Below are positions 1 to 14,100 of a DNA stretch of 64,000 nt, in pieces. A program made the translations under genes and the position numbers. Each line of letters begins with the position of its first letter. Position 1 is the stretch's first letter. The notes below the pieces were generated by a model, which was given only the letters and a program-made list of their open reading frames with translations, ran no database searches and was not told the origin of the DNA. The DNA is from Ptychomitrium polyphyllum (Eukaryota): assembly GCA_973851085.1 (NCBI GenBank), contig OZ316775.1, positions 6,510,001-6,574,000 on the forward strand, given 5' to 3'.

Positions 1-3000
1 TTGTGGTGCTCACTGCTAATCTAGAGGGTATAAAAGACTCTTCATGACAGAATGGGTCAAGCAACTGCAGGCGCATAAAGTATGACTCACAGAAGACATT
101 CTGAATTGGACTGTGTAACATGTTCACAACTAATCCACATACACTCACTGTGTTTGCAGGGGTTTGCAGAGGCAATGTACAGTTTTCTTGTGTGGTTTGT
201 TGAACATGAAGAAGCAGAATTGAGGGCTTCGTGGCCCTCACATTCTGCTCATGTTGTCAACTTATACACAGTACATAATTGGCTTGAAGTCATGGAACTT
301 TAAAGTGTGCAGCTAATAAGTTTCAGTGATGGAGGACTCTTGAGTCCAGAGTATATTGTATCTGCCTGTGTAATTGAGCTCAACCTTGTGAGCTTGGTTG
401 GTCATGAATTTGCTACTATGGTGTCATGTACAAAGTCTTCAGTACAACCACAGCCATTGTGAATGTACTAATCATTCATTCAATTATGATATAACTTCAA
501 GCCCTTACTTTACCTTTTTCTTTCCATCCATAAAATTTATATATATAATGGAGAAATTGACAACATATATATTTGGATTTGAAATCTATATAATTTTTTT
601 TAAATAACAATGTTTAATAAATTCATTAGTTCTAATATTTATATATCAGACACTGAAGTACCAAAATGTAGATTTATGAAGAAGGTAGAAAGCATAAAAT
701 AAAAGCATTATTGATGAAATAAAATAAAGAATTATCAGTTTAACAATGGTCTTTTATTTCCATTTAAGAATTTTTTATATTTTCTTGTAGTGAGGCTTCA
801 AAAAGCAACAGCAAGTAAAACTAATAATAATATAAGTAGTTGAATCTAAAGAAAGTTGGCTTACAATGAATTAGTTGCTCAACATTTAAGTTTTTTTTTA
901 AAAAAGATTAACATATAAATAGGCATATTATGAATTTTAAACAATTCTACAAGTTTTAATCAATTTTCTACATTATTTAGTTGATTTTCCAAAAAAAAAA
1001 ACAATTATCTAAATGAGATGATGATTTATAATATTGAAAATTGCATACACTTCATATTAGAAATCATATATTTGCAAAAAATATCAACTGCACTATTTCA
1101 ACTTATACTATGTAATATAAAATAAATAAGTCATACTTAAAGAATAATAGAAAAAATTCTTATATGAACTTATAATTTTATGGATCATAGAAACTTGTAA
1201 AGAAAATAATTACAATAGCCTTTAATTCCCTTTTAATACACATTGTAAAATATGATTTATGAATTTAGTCAAAGATCAATTTTATTTTAAACTGATTTAC
1301 ATAATAGGTTTAAAATTTCAAAAAAATTAATAAGAACTTTGAATTTTTAGATATTGTATCTGTATTTTTATTTTTTTAAACTGAATTTAAATTATTCATA
1401 AATGAAAATTTTACCTTTAGTATTATAAATACTTATCATTGCAAATTTTGCATTTCAAAGTAAAGTACATTTTTGGTGTTAAAAGCATTAAAGTAATGTG
1501 TTTTGATAAAAAATGAAATCATGTATTATAATAAAAATGAATCACTTATATAAGTATGTAAGGAGCATTTCTTTTAGGATTTTGGAATTCTTCAAGAGTA
1601 TTAATAATATGCCTACAAATATCAAATCATAAGAATAAACTTATTACTGAAGAGTGTATTAATTCACTAGTTGTAATTGCATAATTTTTAAGATAATTAC
1701 TTATATATCCTTTGTTATTGACAATATATGAATTATTTATTAATGTTATGATTTGATATTAATTATAGTTTAAAACCACCAAAAAAAAAAATTTTAATTA
1801 TACTATTTTGAAGAATATATTGTTAAAACACAAAAGTGTTTTAAAAGAAAAAAGAATTCTATTTTACTATATAAAAAAATTCTTTTAAAAATGTTTGTAT
1901 TGATGCCTCTCTTGATAATATAAACAGTTTGGTCATGCTATCTTTTAGCAAAGAATTCATAAAAACTTTAGTTTTAGAATATTCCATAAAACTATGGTTG
2001 AATCTATTGATTTGTATAGCAAGAAAAAAAAGTCATAAACACTTTTACTTTATAATATTGAATGTATTATAATAAAAATGCTAATTTTTTATAAAACGTT
2101 GTAAGAAATATTATTTTTATGCATAATATCTAATAATATTTAATTACTCTATTTTAAAAGTTATTTATTTGATGGAGAATTTTCTAATGGATTGTATTAT
2201 TTTCCTTTTGCTTCAGATACTAAAAGTTATTTGTAAAAATTGGAAAGCTTAGAAAATATAAATAAATTTGCTATTTATTAAAAGAAAAATAATTTTTGGA
2301 AGAATTTTTTTAATTCAATACAATTATTAAATCAATAACTTGTAAAAATATTTATAATATAGAATAAAAACAAGAAATTAGGAAAGGTTTTTCATCTATT
2401 TGATAATTCAAAATTTGATAAAAATTTGTATTTAACAAAAATCCTAGATTATGCATTTTAAAACAAACAACTTAAAGATATCTTTATATGTACATGAATT
2501 GTCGAAGCATACAAATAATAATAAAATCAATACTAAATTTCATTATGATTTTAGTTGAAAATAAGAACAAGGATTATCATAAGTAGTGGCCAAATAAATA
2601 ATGTTTTTAAATTTTAAAATGTTCATTTGTGGTTGTTACTATATATTCAAAAGTAAGTAATGACTTAATTTAAATATTTCAATGTTGGTAGCATTCATTT
2701 TTTTTACCGTGCATAGTAAAATCCATTATTGATGTTATTAAGTCATTAAATTCGAAAACAAATAAGGTGGCCGTCACATCTTCAATGTAATGGCAATAAG
2801 TTTTTATTTGAAGGGTGAAGTTTCAAATGAAGTCTTAAATGAAGTTTCAACTTATATGTATAGATAAATTGATGGATAGGCAAAGATGATGGGACTATGT
2901 GGTTTATTTACAAAAACCTAAAAATGAACAAAAGATATTATTATTAAATTAAAAAAATAATATCTACTACATCTTCTCATATTTAAAGCAAATAATCAAA

Positions 3001-5899
3001 TTTAATGATATTCAATTAATCTATAAAGAACCATATCATCTTTTCATTTAAAAAAATTAGTTAAAAATATATAATAAAGTTGATTTTAAAAGCTTTGATT
3101 TTACAATCCATCTTATACAATTAAATATATTATCAATCTATTCAGTGGACATAATTGCAATGAATTTCAAATATGTATCTTTCAATATCATGACTTTTAA
3201 GAATTTTTCCATTGCTTAAATTTATATATTTTTTGTTTGTACAAGCCTCTTTGAATTAGCTTTATTGAAATTTTATTGAATTCTTTCCAAGATCTATTTG
3301 CACTCAATTTTTTTCCATATGTCCTCCAAATTTAGTTTAGTATGTATTCAAAGCTCAACCAAATGATGCAATGATGAAGATTTAATTGAACTCAAATTAT
3401 GAAAAAAATTAGAGTAAAAATTGAACTTAAAGAAAAACAAAAGTACAAAGTAAATAATACCAGAGTTTAGTAAACAAAACAACACAATCTAACTTTTCCA
3501 TGGAAAATTATTACTTTGAATATTTGATATTATTTTATTCATCTTTTAAGAATTTTTAAAAATATATGACTTAATAATCAATTTTGGTCATTCCACAATT
3601 TGGTTTAGGAAAAGGTAAAGGTAGTGATTTTAATGTAACGTAGTTCAGTAAATTTTCATCCATTACAGCTTCATCCACGAAAGGTCATCTAACAACTCCT
3701 TTGGTGTTATTGGTTCTATTTACCCATCAAATTATATCCAGAACTTCAAGGAAGTTGTATCAACCATGATTCTTTGCCGGTACCTTGTGCCTTTGGTTCA
3801 GATGTTTATCATTGCTTATCAGTAGTAAAAGCTGGGGCCATTAGTATATTTTTAAAATTGCAGTATATTAAAAAATCGATTGCCACTCAACTTTGAACTT
3901 GAGCTATGAGAGCGCCACTTGGAGGAGCAACAGAGCTCCTCAAAATACACTCATGTTGGGCTCCATGCACCACACCAGCAATGACTTGTTGCCGCATTAT
4001 AAACAGCTCAATGTGGCAGGGCAATTTATAGTTCATGAAATTTATTCATACCTAAGCTACATAAAAGACCATTTGAATCTGCTACAGGGGTAGTGAGTGA
4101 GATGTGTCATCAGATTCAATACTCTTGTGAGCATATGAATACAGGAGAGCAGGAAGGACTCAATGGATGGGCACAAACTGCCAGGAAAAAGCTCCGGATT
4201 TTTTATAAGAGTATGTGCCAAAGGTGGCACCCAGGTGGATATGGTGGACCCTGGTACCCGTGTTTGTTCTCAGATCAGGTCCGATGTTGTCCCACGCGGC
4301 TTCTGCAACTTGGCCAGAAAACTCTTGCCATCCACTTGGCCGTGCACGTTTGCAGCAGAGGAGATGGTGCTGAAAGTTTGCTTACAAATGACAAACCTGT
4401 CAGATTAGTGCTGTTCAACCTAGTCACACAATTTCATAGTAACGTACAATTTCTGGTACAATTTTCACAGGTGTTGATGAGCTGACCTTTGCTCAGCTTT
4501 CACTCCACGAGAGTGATGGAGAAATGCTCTTTCTGTGGACAGGAGGGGCAGTGCAAGTTGACGGAATTGTGCAACTTGATTGGAGGAGTTTCACTGTAAT
4601 TATGAAATTGGTCCCAAGGTGGAGTACGTTAAGGTGAATCACTACCAAGTAACAGATCATCATGGTTTGAATATTCTCGGTTGTATCTGACTACTTTATT
4701 GCAAGGCACGGCAAGTTACTAACAGCTGAGCATATGCAAAACTATCACCATAATTCCCGAAAATTATAATACTGAATCGTATGGAAACCCGAAGATGAGT
4801 AACACTCAGACAGTACAGATGCTTTTAAGTTTATAACAGTTAACGTCTGTTTGACATGATAAATTTCAGTACAGAATAGTGACAAGCTGCAGCGTCTTAT
4901 TGTTTAACACTTTGTTAGAGACTGCACGCATTTAGATGTTAAGGGAAAACTCAAATTTGTTTGTTTGTTTGTTTGGGACATCATCTCGAATGTTCCAAAC
5001 TGTGAGACCAATAGGAGGTGTACACCGGTGAAATTACAAGTTTTTAATCTCATACAAATATAAGTTTCAAAGTATTAAAAGGTCGAAAACCTAAAAAAAT
5101 TTAAAATCTTTCGTAGGCTGGCACGGAGGAAGAGAACCACAGTTAGACACCTGACATTGTAGTTTGAATGAAAGAATTACATACCAGCAAAAAGACGCAA
5201 TGATACTGCATCAAAGGTTACGAAGAGGGATAAAACCACTTGAATGTAACCAAAGGTACACATAATCAAGTGATTTATTTATAATCTGAACAGTCATATA
5301 CTAAACGAGTATTGTGCTCGAAACACCTTATTCACAATAAATCCAGTGGGGAAAACCGTTCAAAAAACCATCTCAGCGTCAAAAAAAAAGTGTGGGCAAC
5401 TCAATCATCGTTGATGGCTGCTTTTAAGTGATTTATTTGTCAGCCTTTCACAAGTTTGCAATGTACATCTCTCGCAAACAGTATACACAGAACCAAATGT
5501 TCCGCTTAACGAACATCGAGAACTCAATCAACTCGAAATGTTCAACGTGTCAAAACTCCTAGCTTTTCGGAAATACCCTAACGCAGAATCAGGTGGCTAA
5601 ATTACTTTTCAGAACTCAATTGAGAGCTACAATTGTACAAACTTTACACTCGTGATAAGATTCATTTTCTTCGGATCTCCTCCTACACTGTAACGTACAC
5701 AGATCGCCCAGCAGATTCCCGGCTAAGCCTTCTGTGCATGCTACATAGCCTACCCTAATTCAATGAGAAACCAATTTGTGTCAACGCCTCTGCAGTCTGC
5801 ACCTCCGGAGAAATGATTCCGAAAATGGTTTCTGTCGACGAGAATTGTCACAACGTCGCCTCTCATTGTTCTAATGGATGCAGAAGCCATGACCATTGA

Positions 5900-6760
5900 T
5901 TACACCATGAACACGTTGTAAACTTCCACAGGCTCATACTTGCCAGAGAATTGACGGCAATAGCTAAACTGCGGATTCATACACCTCCGTCCTGAATTAG
6001 ATCTCGAAAATTTTCGAGACGTACCGTCCAAGGCAGAGATATCAAACTCTATCATGTCATCAAACTTCATGTCGTTCCAAGCCAGTTCCACGTCTTCCAA
6101 GCTCACGTATTCGTCTTCACAGTTCTCCTGTGATATTCCTGATGAATCGACAGGAGGCGAGGATTCGCCCGTGCAATCAAGCTCCTCGTCGTCTGTCAGC
6201 TCAGATTTCACGACGCTCTTCGACCAGGATCGCTCACCCGTGGTGCCCGAGTTTTCAGACTCCGCAGGGCGTTGGTGTGAACTCGGTGACAAATGCGTTT
6301 CATTCTTGATGCTCTTGAGCTGCGCATCAAGGGATAGCGCTTCCGTCTTCACAGAAAGCGCTACAGGAGTACACGATTCGGCAGCTGTTGCTGCAGCAGC
6401 AGCCGCGATTTGCACGTCGCGCGGAGAGTGGCATTCTGGGAGGTATTTCGGAGGCGAATCGGGAAAATTTAGCGTGGCATTAGTTCCCCGCAAGCAAACC
6501 ACGGCCGCATCGTAAGCGCGCGCTGCCATCTCCGCGGTAGGGAACGAGCCCAACCAAATCCGCGACCTCTTGTTTGGCTCCCTGATCTCAGACACCCACT
6601 TTCCCCATTGCCGCATACGCACACCTCTGTATTTTGGACTCACCACGCTCTCCTCCTTCTTACTCGCAAATTGCGTCTCCTTCTTCACAGGCGCGAGACA
6701 ATGCCGCGCCCCTACCCTAGCCCCCTCTGCTCCTCTCTGAGTCCTGCTCTTCTCCACCAT
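5900..6760 (-). CDS. AP2/ERF transcription factor, DREB subfamily (TINY/A-4-like, group III); 286 aa if unspliced
   Basis: Single AP2 domain [53 protein letters not shown] with V14/E19, followed by [12 protein letters not shown] and an acidic C-terminal half. The first ATG is at 6760 (MVEK); the ORF track starts at an upstream GTG. The 3' end may be spliced (see findings). Confidence 0.93.
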   Translation of the reverse strand: MVEKSRTQRGAEGARVGARHCLAPVKKETQFASKKEESVVSPKYRGVRMRQWGKWVSEIREPNKRSRIWLGSFPTAEMAARAYDAAVVCLRGTNATLNFPDSPPKYLPECHSPRDVQIAAAAAATAAESCTPVALSVKTEALSLDAQLKSIKNETHLSPSSHQRPAESENSGTTGERSWSKSVVKSELTDDEELDCTGESSPPVDSSGISQENCEDEYVSLEDVELAWNDMKFDDMIEFDISALDGTSRKFSRSNSGRRCMNPQFSYCRQFSGKYEPVEVYNVFMV

Positions 6761-6899
6761 TGTCGTCACAAATTCCTCGCAATTTCAACACCAATTTTCA
6801 AACCTCTACAATCCTCAGAAATTCTCCTAATTCAATCGTCGCTTCAATCGCACACACTTGAAGTTCCCTTTCAACTACTTCGATATAAAACACAACGAG

Positions 6900-8010
6900 C
6901 TTCTTATATACACAACGTCTTGACAGTTAATCTACACGTTTTCCTGAACTGAGAACGAAGCTAGGACGCAAGCGCTACTAACCGTCCCTGGAAGCCTCTA
7001 TCCAAGTCTGTAACGTTCCTCGGTGCCGAATTCTAACAGCTAATCTAGTGTCTTACAACGATGAGTATGAACTTCTGTGGAAATGAATCTACCCTCTCAA
7101 CAGTAAACACGTGAGGATTTCAATTCGGTGAGCCGAGCAGAGTGCTCTCTGACTTTTAGATGTTTGTGTGGTGGAATGCCTGAAAGTCCTGAGACTTCTA
7201 AGTAAGAACTATTTGCAAGATGATACAGACGGTGCGGGTTCTATAGTGCACACCACCATTGAGCCCACTTCATCACTTTGTCCTGCATGGGGCCCACTGC
7301 AGCTTGAGCGATGCGCCGGCGATGGTGCCGCGTGCAGGCAACGCTAATATCTTCACAGTGAAAGACCCAGCGGGTGTCTCTGTCAGCTCGCTGTGACGTC
7401 GCGTCGTGGCCACGGAATATTAATAGTTCATGAGGACACAACGTATTGTACAGTAATGGACAGCCGTATCGAGTATCATCGCCGGGTATGAGTAAATATT
7501 TTATTGCTATATTTCTGTATTAATGTACTGGTTCGCGGTCCAAGTCCGTCGATTGCGGTTGAGCGCGTCACAGCTGATCATCAGGTGGAAATTGGGACTC
7601 TGCGATGTGTTGGAACTCCACTCACCTGCGACCTCGCTTGCACATTATGAGTTCTGGATAGTCTATTTGATGTTGAACCGCAGCTAGTTACAGGTGATAA
7701 GATTGTCAACCCCGAGTCAATATGATCATATTATATACGATTAGAATTTTTTTTGATTCTGGTCAATGCCCAGGGTTATAACGGCCGCGCGCTACCATAA
7801 CAGTTGTGATGTATTTCCTAATTCGTTACACGTTGACATGACGAAAATGGGGCCTGCGATAGCAGAAAGTTCTTAGAATTTTAGAGGAGTGTGCCAATTA
7901 CGGTGCCAATGGGTAAAACTGACACGTCAAACTTTTTGGTCAGGATCTCAAGCTTATTCTAATATGCATCTGAAAGTCATTCATTCCGGTGTCGCCACGT
8001 CCAACTGCTT
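6900..8010 (-). promoter_or_regulatory. Putative promoter of the minus-strand DREB gene
   Basis: TATATAA on the minus strand near 6905-6911, G-box CACGTG at 7108-7113, and several ACGT/ABRE-like cores (TGACGTC ~7394, ACACGTC ~7922, GCCACGTC ~7994) in CpG-retaining sequence. Confidence 0.45.
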
Positions 8011-11000
8011 CATTCAAACGCCAGATTCTCATTCATCGCGGTAGTTGATTAACTAGAGAAGGCATTGCAATACTTTAGAATATAAAATCCGCCTGCATGA
8101 TACACCTGAGATATCTGATCGCCGGACCCGGGATATTAGACGAGGTCCATAACACGTTTAAATCCAACCTCGGAAAAATCCCTACAAACTGACAGGCGAC
8201 CTAAGCCTTATTCCAACCTGGTACCGTATCTTCGGAGCAGAATACGCTCTGTCACAACAGCCCGATCACTCCTGGCGCTTGCTGTGGCAAAGATCCTACG
8301 GCTACCGGGTGTGCACGTCTATGATCGCAGTGGATGCTCACATGACGTCCATTTTCAAATAGAACTCGTTGCAAGATTGGCTGGACTGTCTGGTGCTCCC
8401 TCGCAGCTCTCGGCTTCTGGCCATATCAGATCTCGACAGATTCTGCAGCGTTGTGCAAGTGGCTTTAGGATGGACCTGCTTGGAGCCTGCTCGCCCACCA
8501 GGCGCTGCTGTATGGGTCTCATAATTTCTTTGAAGTTGGTGCTCTCCACCCATGCTTGGAGATTTTTGGAAGTATAGTATCTCCTTCCCATGACTTATGT
8601 CATAGAGGTTTTCACTCAATCTTTTGGTGCTAAGGGAAACATGTTTCTGTTACTGGAAGAAAATAAATGATAACTACTTAATTAATGTTTGATTTCTTAG
8701 ATTCAGATATGGAAACAATGACAAATACCTTTTGCAAAATACAGTACATTGCATTCGGACTACTGTAGTGTCCAATACACTAACAAGTATAATGTCAAAT
8801 GCAACAAAACAAAAAATTAATTGTCAAGTAGGTGCAAATAGTTTTATACATTATATTACGTCTCTTAACAATATGAAAAGCAATCAAATTTTTGGAGGTA
8901 ATCCTTGTCATCTCAACTTTCTATATTATGTTTTTTATTTATATAAATGTTTTTATTTATATAAATGTTCATTGATATGGTATGTGAACTTGAAGTAGCA
9001 TTTCGAAGAATAATCACATAAAAACTTATTAGTTAATTTTTGAACAGTCACAATTATTTACATAAATATGATTCTTAAATATGACATGTTTTACTCAAAA
9101 GCTATTGGTATGTGTGACATGAGAACGAATTTAACTTCTTGTTAGAAAAATCAGTCTCATAATTATTAAAAAAATAAATTAACAACTCCAAATCTTGATT
9201 ATAAAAGTATGGATGACTCATCAATTCCTTGTTCCTTTTTGTGCTAGAATTATCTGGAAGCAAGAACTAATAAGAACGTTCTTTTTATTTTACATTGAAC
9301 AATTTCTTCTTAGATGAAAGAAACCTTCAAAAGAAATGAATTGATGAATTGACTTTCTTTTCGAATTTTGAAATTGGCTTAAAACGCTTATATAGAACAT
9401 AAAGTAATTACATAGGAAATTGAATAAAAATTAGAATAATTAGTCATTAAAAGCTAAAACTCTTTTGTTCCTAAATTTTTTTAATGATGGCCCTACTTTT
9501 AGAAATCAATAAAAATATCACTCATTTTTTTCCACCATTCAATTTAAACTAATATTTCTAGTCTAAGGCGGTATATCTTTTATTAAAAGTGGCTACATAA
9601 AGCTTATAAAGTCTATATGTGCTTGGCATGATAGCATAAATATATAGGTGCTAGGAATCTTTATAAATTTCACTAAAGATTTTTTTAAATCTTCATATAG
9701 CACTATCTTCCATTTTTTCATATTTTTTTTTGGTTCTTGTGTATTCAAATTGGAAAAAAAGCCAAGAATATTCATCAAATAGTCCAAAAAATAAATCTAT
9801 TTATATCTAAGCTTACAAAACTATGAATCTATTCTATAAGTCTTATATGACAGAAAATAAAAATAATTTAGTGTAGATTTATTTGCTATCTTAAGTATGC
9901 TATGAGTTGTATGTGATTTTTTCAAATTAATTTAATGATTGAAACACTTAGCAAAATACAATATATTTTGAATTTATTAGAGTATATTTTTTAAGTTTTA
10001 TATGGCATGCATCTAAGGCATAATATTCTTTAGTTGCATAACCATGCACCACCATTATAATTGAATTATCTAAGCTAAATATTTTAAGGCAAAACATTTT
10101 GCAAAGTTTATTGCTTGGAATAAAAGTAAAACACCTTTAAAATACCTTTCATATAATACAAGGCCATTTAGTTAAGAAATATCATGAAATTAATAAGGAA
10201 TATATATTTTTCAATTCATTTTTTTAAAAATAATATTTTTCTATAGTTTTTTATTATACAAATTTGTGAAATAAAAGTGAAAAATTATTTGGAAACAATG
10301 AAATGTTAAAAAAGAATGAAAATTCTAAATAAAATTGTTTCACACATGGCATTAGTCTAGGTTTGTATCTTAATTATTTGATATTTTTAATTTGATTAAT
10401 ATGTTATTTGTTTTTCATTATACCATATCTATTCTAAAATACTAAAAAAATTTAAAAATAATCAACCACTACTACACTAAATATGATCTATTATAAATAA
10501 ATAAAAGTTAAATTCTAAAAAAAGAAAAGATAGTAATAACTAAAGATTTACTCAATTGTTGTTTTAAGTTGCTAATAGAACATATTATAAATGTATTTTA
10601 CTAATATTATTGGCTTCAAGGGTTCTTTGAAAGGATCTTTTAATTGATTCAAAAATCAAAATTCACTATTTCTTGTGTTTGAGTCAATGTACATTAAAAA
10701 TCAAATTCATTTTAATAATTTATTTGAATTTGTAACATATTATAAGTTGCCAAGTAGCACAACTTAAGGCAAATATTAAGCCTAAATAAAACGTGATTCA
10801 AAGAAGAAAGTGGCAGGAGAAAGCCTCAAGAAAATATCTTACAAAGTTTATTCTATGAGTGTAAGAATAAAGAACAAAAAGAACTGTCATACGGAGCTTT
10901 TTGAAAAGACAATGTTTTTGCAAGCAATAAAATGTACAAAACCATGTAACTCTTTGTTGTAACAATTTTCAATGGAATAAAACGTCCATATGGAGGAAAT

Positions 11001-11157
11001 AAATTAAATACAAGAAATTATGAATGCTCTTTTTATTTGTTGTAAGGTATCTATTAAAAAAGGCAAGTAAAACAAGCATAAATTACATCATATCATAAGG
11101 CACTTTTAAAAATATAACCTTTTTTTATTAGTAGAAAAATGGACCAATCACATTAAA

Positions 11158-14100
11158 TGTTATAGATGGAAAGACAAAACAAAAGAAATAGAATAATTAG
11201 ATTTCATATTAAGAAATAAGAATCATGACAAGATATAAGGCAAAAGGTTCAAATAAAACTGCAAGAGATGCATTGTCAAGATTGAAAATCCTTTTAGTCT
11301 TGATTCCTATATGTCCTAGAATTACAAGCATTTGAATTTATTTTTTAAACTTCCAGAACAATGCTTTGTACTTAAATAATCTTGAATTGCTTTGTTTGAA
11401 ATTTCTTTAATTAAGATAACTTTTATAGAAGCTTTCTTAGCCAAAATAACTTCCTTAGCTTTCTTAAATTTTTAACAACCTTTCTAGAAGGTCTTAATAT
11501 GCATAACCGTAACATTATCTCTTATTCTAGCATCAAGGTCTTGCAATAAGTGCTAAAAGCCATAGAAAGTCAAAAATCTGTTGCATATTTTTCACAATGT
11601 ATTCTAATTGCCTTTCTCAATTCATATGATTTGTGGATCCTTGCAACCATTGATATTAATTGCGCCTTCTACTTTAATTCAAACTAAGCGTAAACTTCTA
11701 TATTTTTATTGTAAAAGCGTTCTTCAAAGACCAATTTTGAATAATCTTTATATAAAGGCTTTACTTAAAAAATCACCAACAATCTATTCTTATATATCCT
11801 TCAATGTCTTCTTACTCCAATCTCTTCTTTATTTCAAAGTTTTTGTCTAAAGCTACTTGGTTGGAATAATACCATTGGCATGATATTTACATCTTGATTA
11901 TCCATATTTAATATATTGAATTAATTATAAGGAACTATGATAAAATCAAAATACAAAGGATTAAATTTTATGGCATGTATGGGCCCAAAAACTTATGTTT
12001 TAGGAATTGCTTTCTTTCTTGCTTAAAAACTTTAAGAATCAAGATTCTTCAAGGTTACGCAATACTACCAAGACACTATTCTTTGTGCTACTACTTTTGA
12101 TTTGGATAAATGTTGTCAATGGAATACTTAAATTTTTATTAGCAAATTAATAAGATTGTTAATTAGTTTCTATATTATTTTATTGGCCTAATGGATTGTC
12201 TACAAGATACTATCAAACTCCTTTATTAGTATTATTTGATAATAATTGTTAGTTTATTTTTTGTTACTTTGAATAATGAATCTTAATCCAAAATTATAGA
12301 ATTTGAAATATAATATTTTAATTACAAGTATTATTATGTTTGGTAATTATTGACCCTAACATGTACGTTTACTAATATCATATTCATGCCAATAGACCAA
12401 ATATTATAATTTTTCATATTTTATTTGTAAATCAAGCATTTTTTTCATTTCAAATTCATGATGATCATTAATTTTCATCAGAGGTGGTGGCACTTATTTT
12501 TATCTATGAATAATTGATTCCTTATAGGCTTCTAAAAATAAAACCTAGAAGACTAAATGTATCTTCATTGATGTTAAAAGCTTTAATCAATACACTACAT
12601 GGTTGATTTGCTTTTTGATTATAAATGGTCCAACTTATTATATGGCATGTTGGTCTTTTTATGTGTAAAAAGAACCACACCTTATTGTTAATTTGAACTA
12701 AGGATTATTATTTTTTTGTTGCATATGCCTTTGTCTTGTATTGTTCTTGAGCTTCTTTTAATCAAATCTACATGGTTACTTGAAGCTTTACCATTCATAT
12801 GGCAAATTCCTCTATTGAAAGATTCTCAAATCTTAAAGGTTATAACATGTCCAACTTTGAATGTAGTAAGATGAAGTAGAATGGCATCTAATGGGTGGAA
12901 GCGCAAGTTGTGTTGTTATAGGCAAATTCTTCCAAAAATAAATAAGATGTTCAATCATCTTCTTAGTTGTGTACTTTAATATTGTGCACCACAATATTGT
13001 TCCAAAATTTGATTGATCTACCATGTTTGACGATCAATTTGAGAATGGAAGATACAAGTAAGTATAATGTCAAAATTGAGGATTTCAAAGAGGAATTTCA
13101 AAACTTTGAAATGAAGTATGGTCCACACTTCATTTCAAGGTTTGATATGATATTGCCAAATAATATCATATCAAATAACATCATAGCAATAGATACTTTG
13201 TATCAAGAGCCTAATTATTTCTTTTTTTGTGGTTGTCTTCTTGCAAAATACATAATGGCCATTTTTGTTAGTTGATCAACAATTATAAAGATGGTGTTAG
13301 ATGAATTTGAATTTAAAAGATCCATAATGAAGTCTATAATACCATAATGAAGTCCATAATGAAGACAATCACGGTTGCTTTGAAATTGGTACTGTTTGGA
13401 AAAGACCATATGGACGATGTTGAGGATTTTTAAACTTAAAATAGGTGTCACATATAAAAACAAATTCCTTAACACCTTTCTACAATTGAGGCTACCAAAA
13501 GTCTCAAGAAAAGAGTTCTAAAGTTTTGTTGAATTCAAAATGTCTAGCCGCTATGAAATTGCGGCATCTTCAAAGAACTTAAAGACAAATTGATCCTTCA
13601 AAAATATACAAGCATCTTTTAAAATATAACATGTTTTTTTTCAAACTTAAAATTTATTGAATCTTTTGATAGATTTTTGAACAATGTATAACATTAATAT
13701 CAGGAAGGTTTTTAATTGATGCTTTACAAATCCAATTGAGGAATGATAAATCTACTAATATAAAGACGGTGGTTGCTTAAAGACAAAATTTCTTGGATTT
13801 CAAAGTGTGGTATGTTGTTGATCATATGATGCCTCTCCTTCCATTAGCACAAGATATGATTCCTTTAACAGTGCGTCTAAAAATCTTTATTGTCTTCTAG
13901 ATTAATATGTGATGCTAAAATCAAATCTAGATAGGAATATATTCCAATAGCATTAGTTTAAAACCTAGGTTGACATAAAGTACTCAAGGTTCTTGTGATT
14001 TTTGTATACAAGCACTAAATGAATTGCAACCTTAAAGAAATTGTGTTATTTGTGAAAAAAATTCACAATGGTAAGAAATTCTTTATCATAATCTCATAAT

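Noticed and set aside
1..460. Moderately GC-rich stretch with short ORFs (73 aa, 69 aa)
   Set aside because: No recognisable domain and truncated by the window edge; it could be UTR or exon sequence but I cannot support a call.
600..3600. AT-rich block with faint resemblance to decayed TE coding sequence
   Set aside because: Too eroded to assign motifs or boundaries by eye.
3893..4620. Overlapping ORFs of 66-130 aa and a splice-acceptor-like TTTTCACAG at ~4470
   Set aside because: No recognisable protein in any frame examined and no consistent exon chain.
6054..6952. Antisense ORFs over the ERF genes (also 30943-31720 and 59991-60757)
   Set aside because: Shadow or alternate frames of GC-rich coding sequence.
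8220..8620. GC-rich island with three overlapping ORFs upstream of the first DREB gene
   Set aside because: No identifiable homology; it may be a pseudogene fragment or promoter, but this is unsupported.
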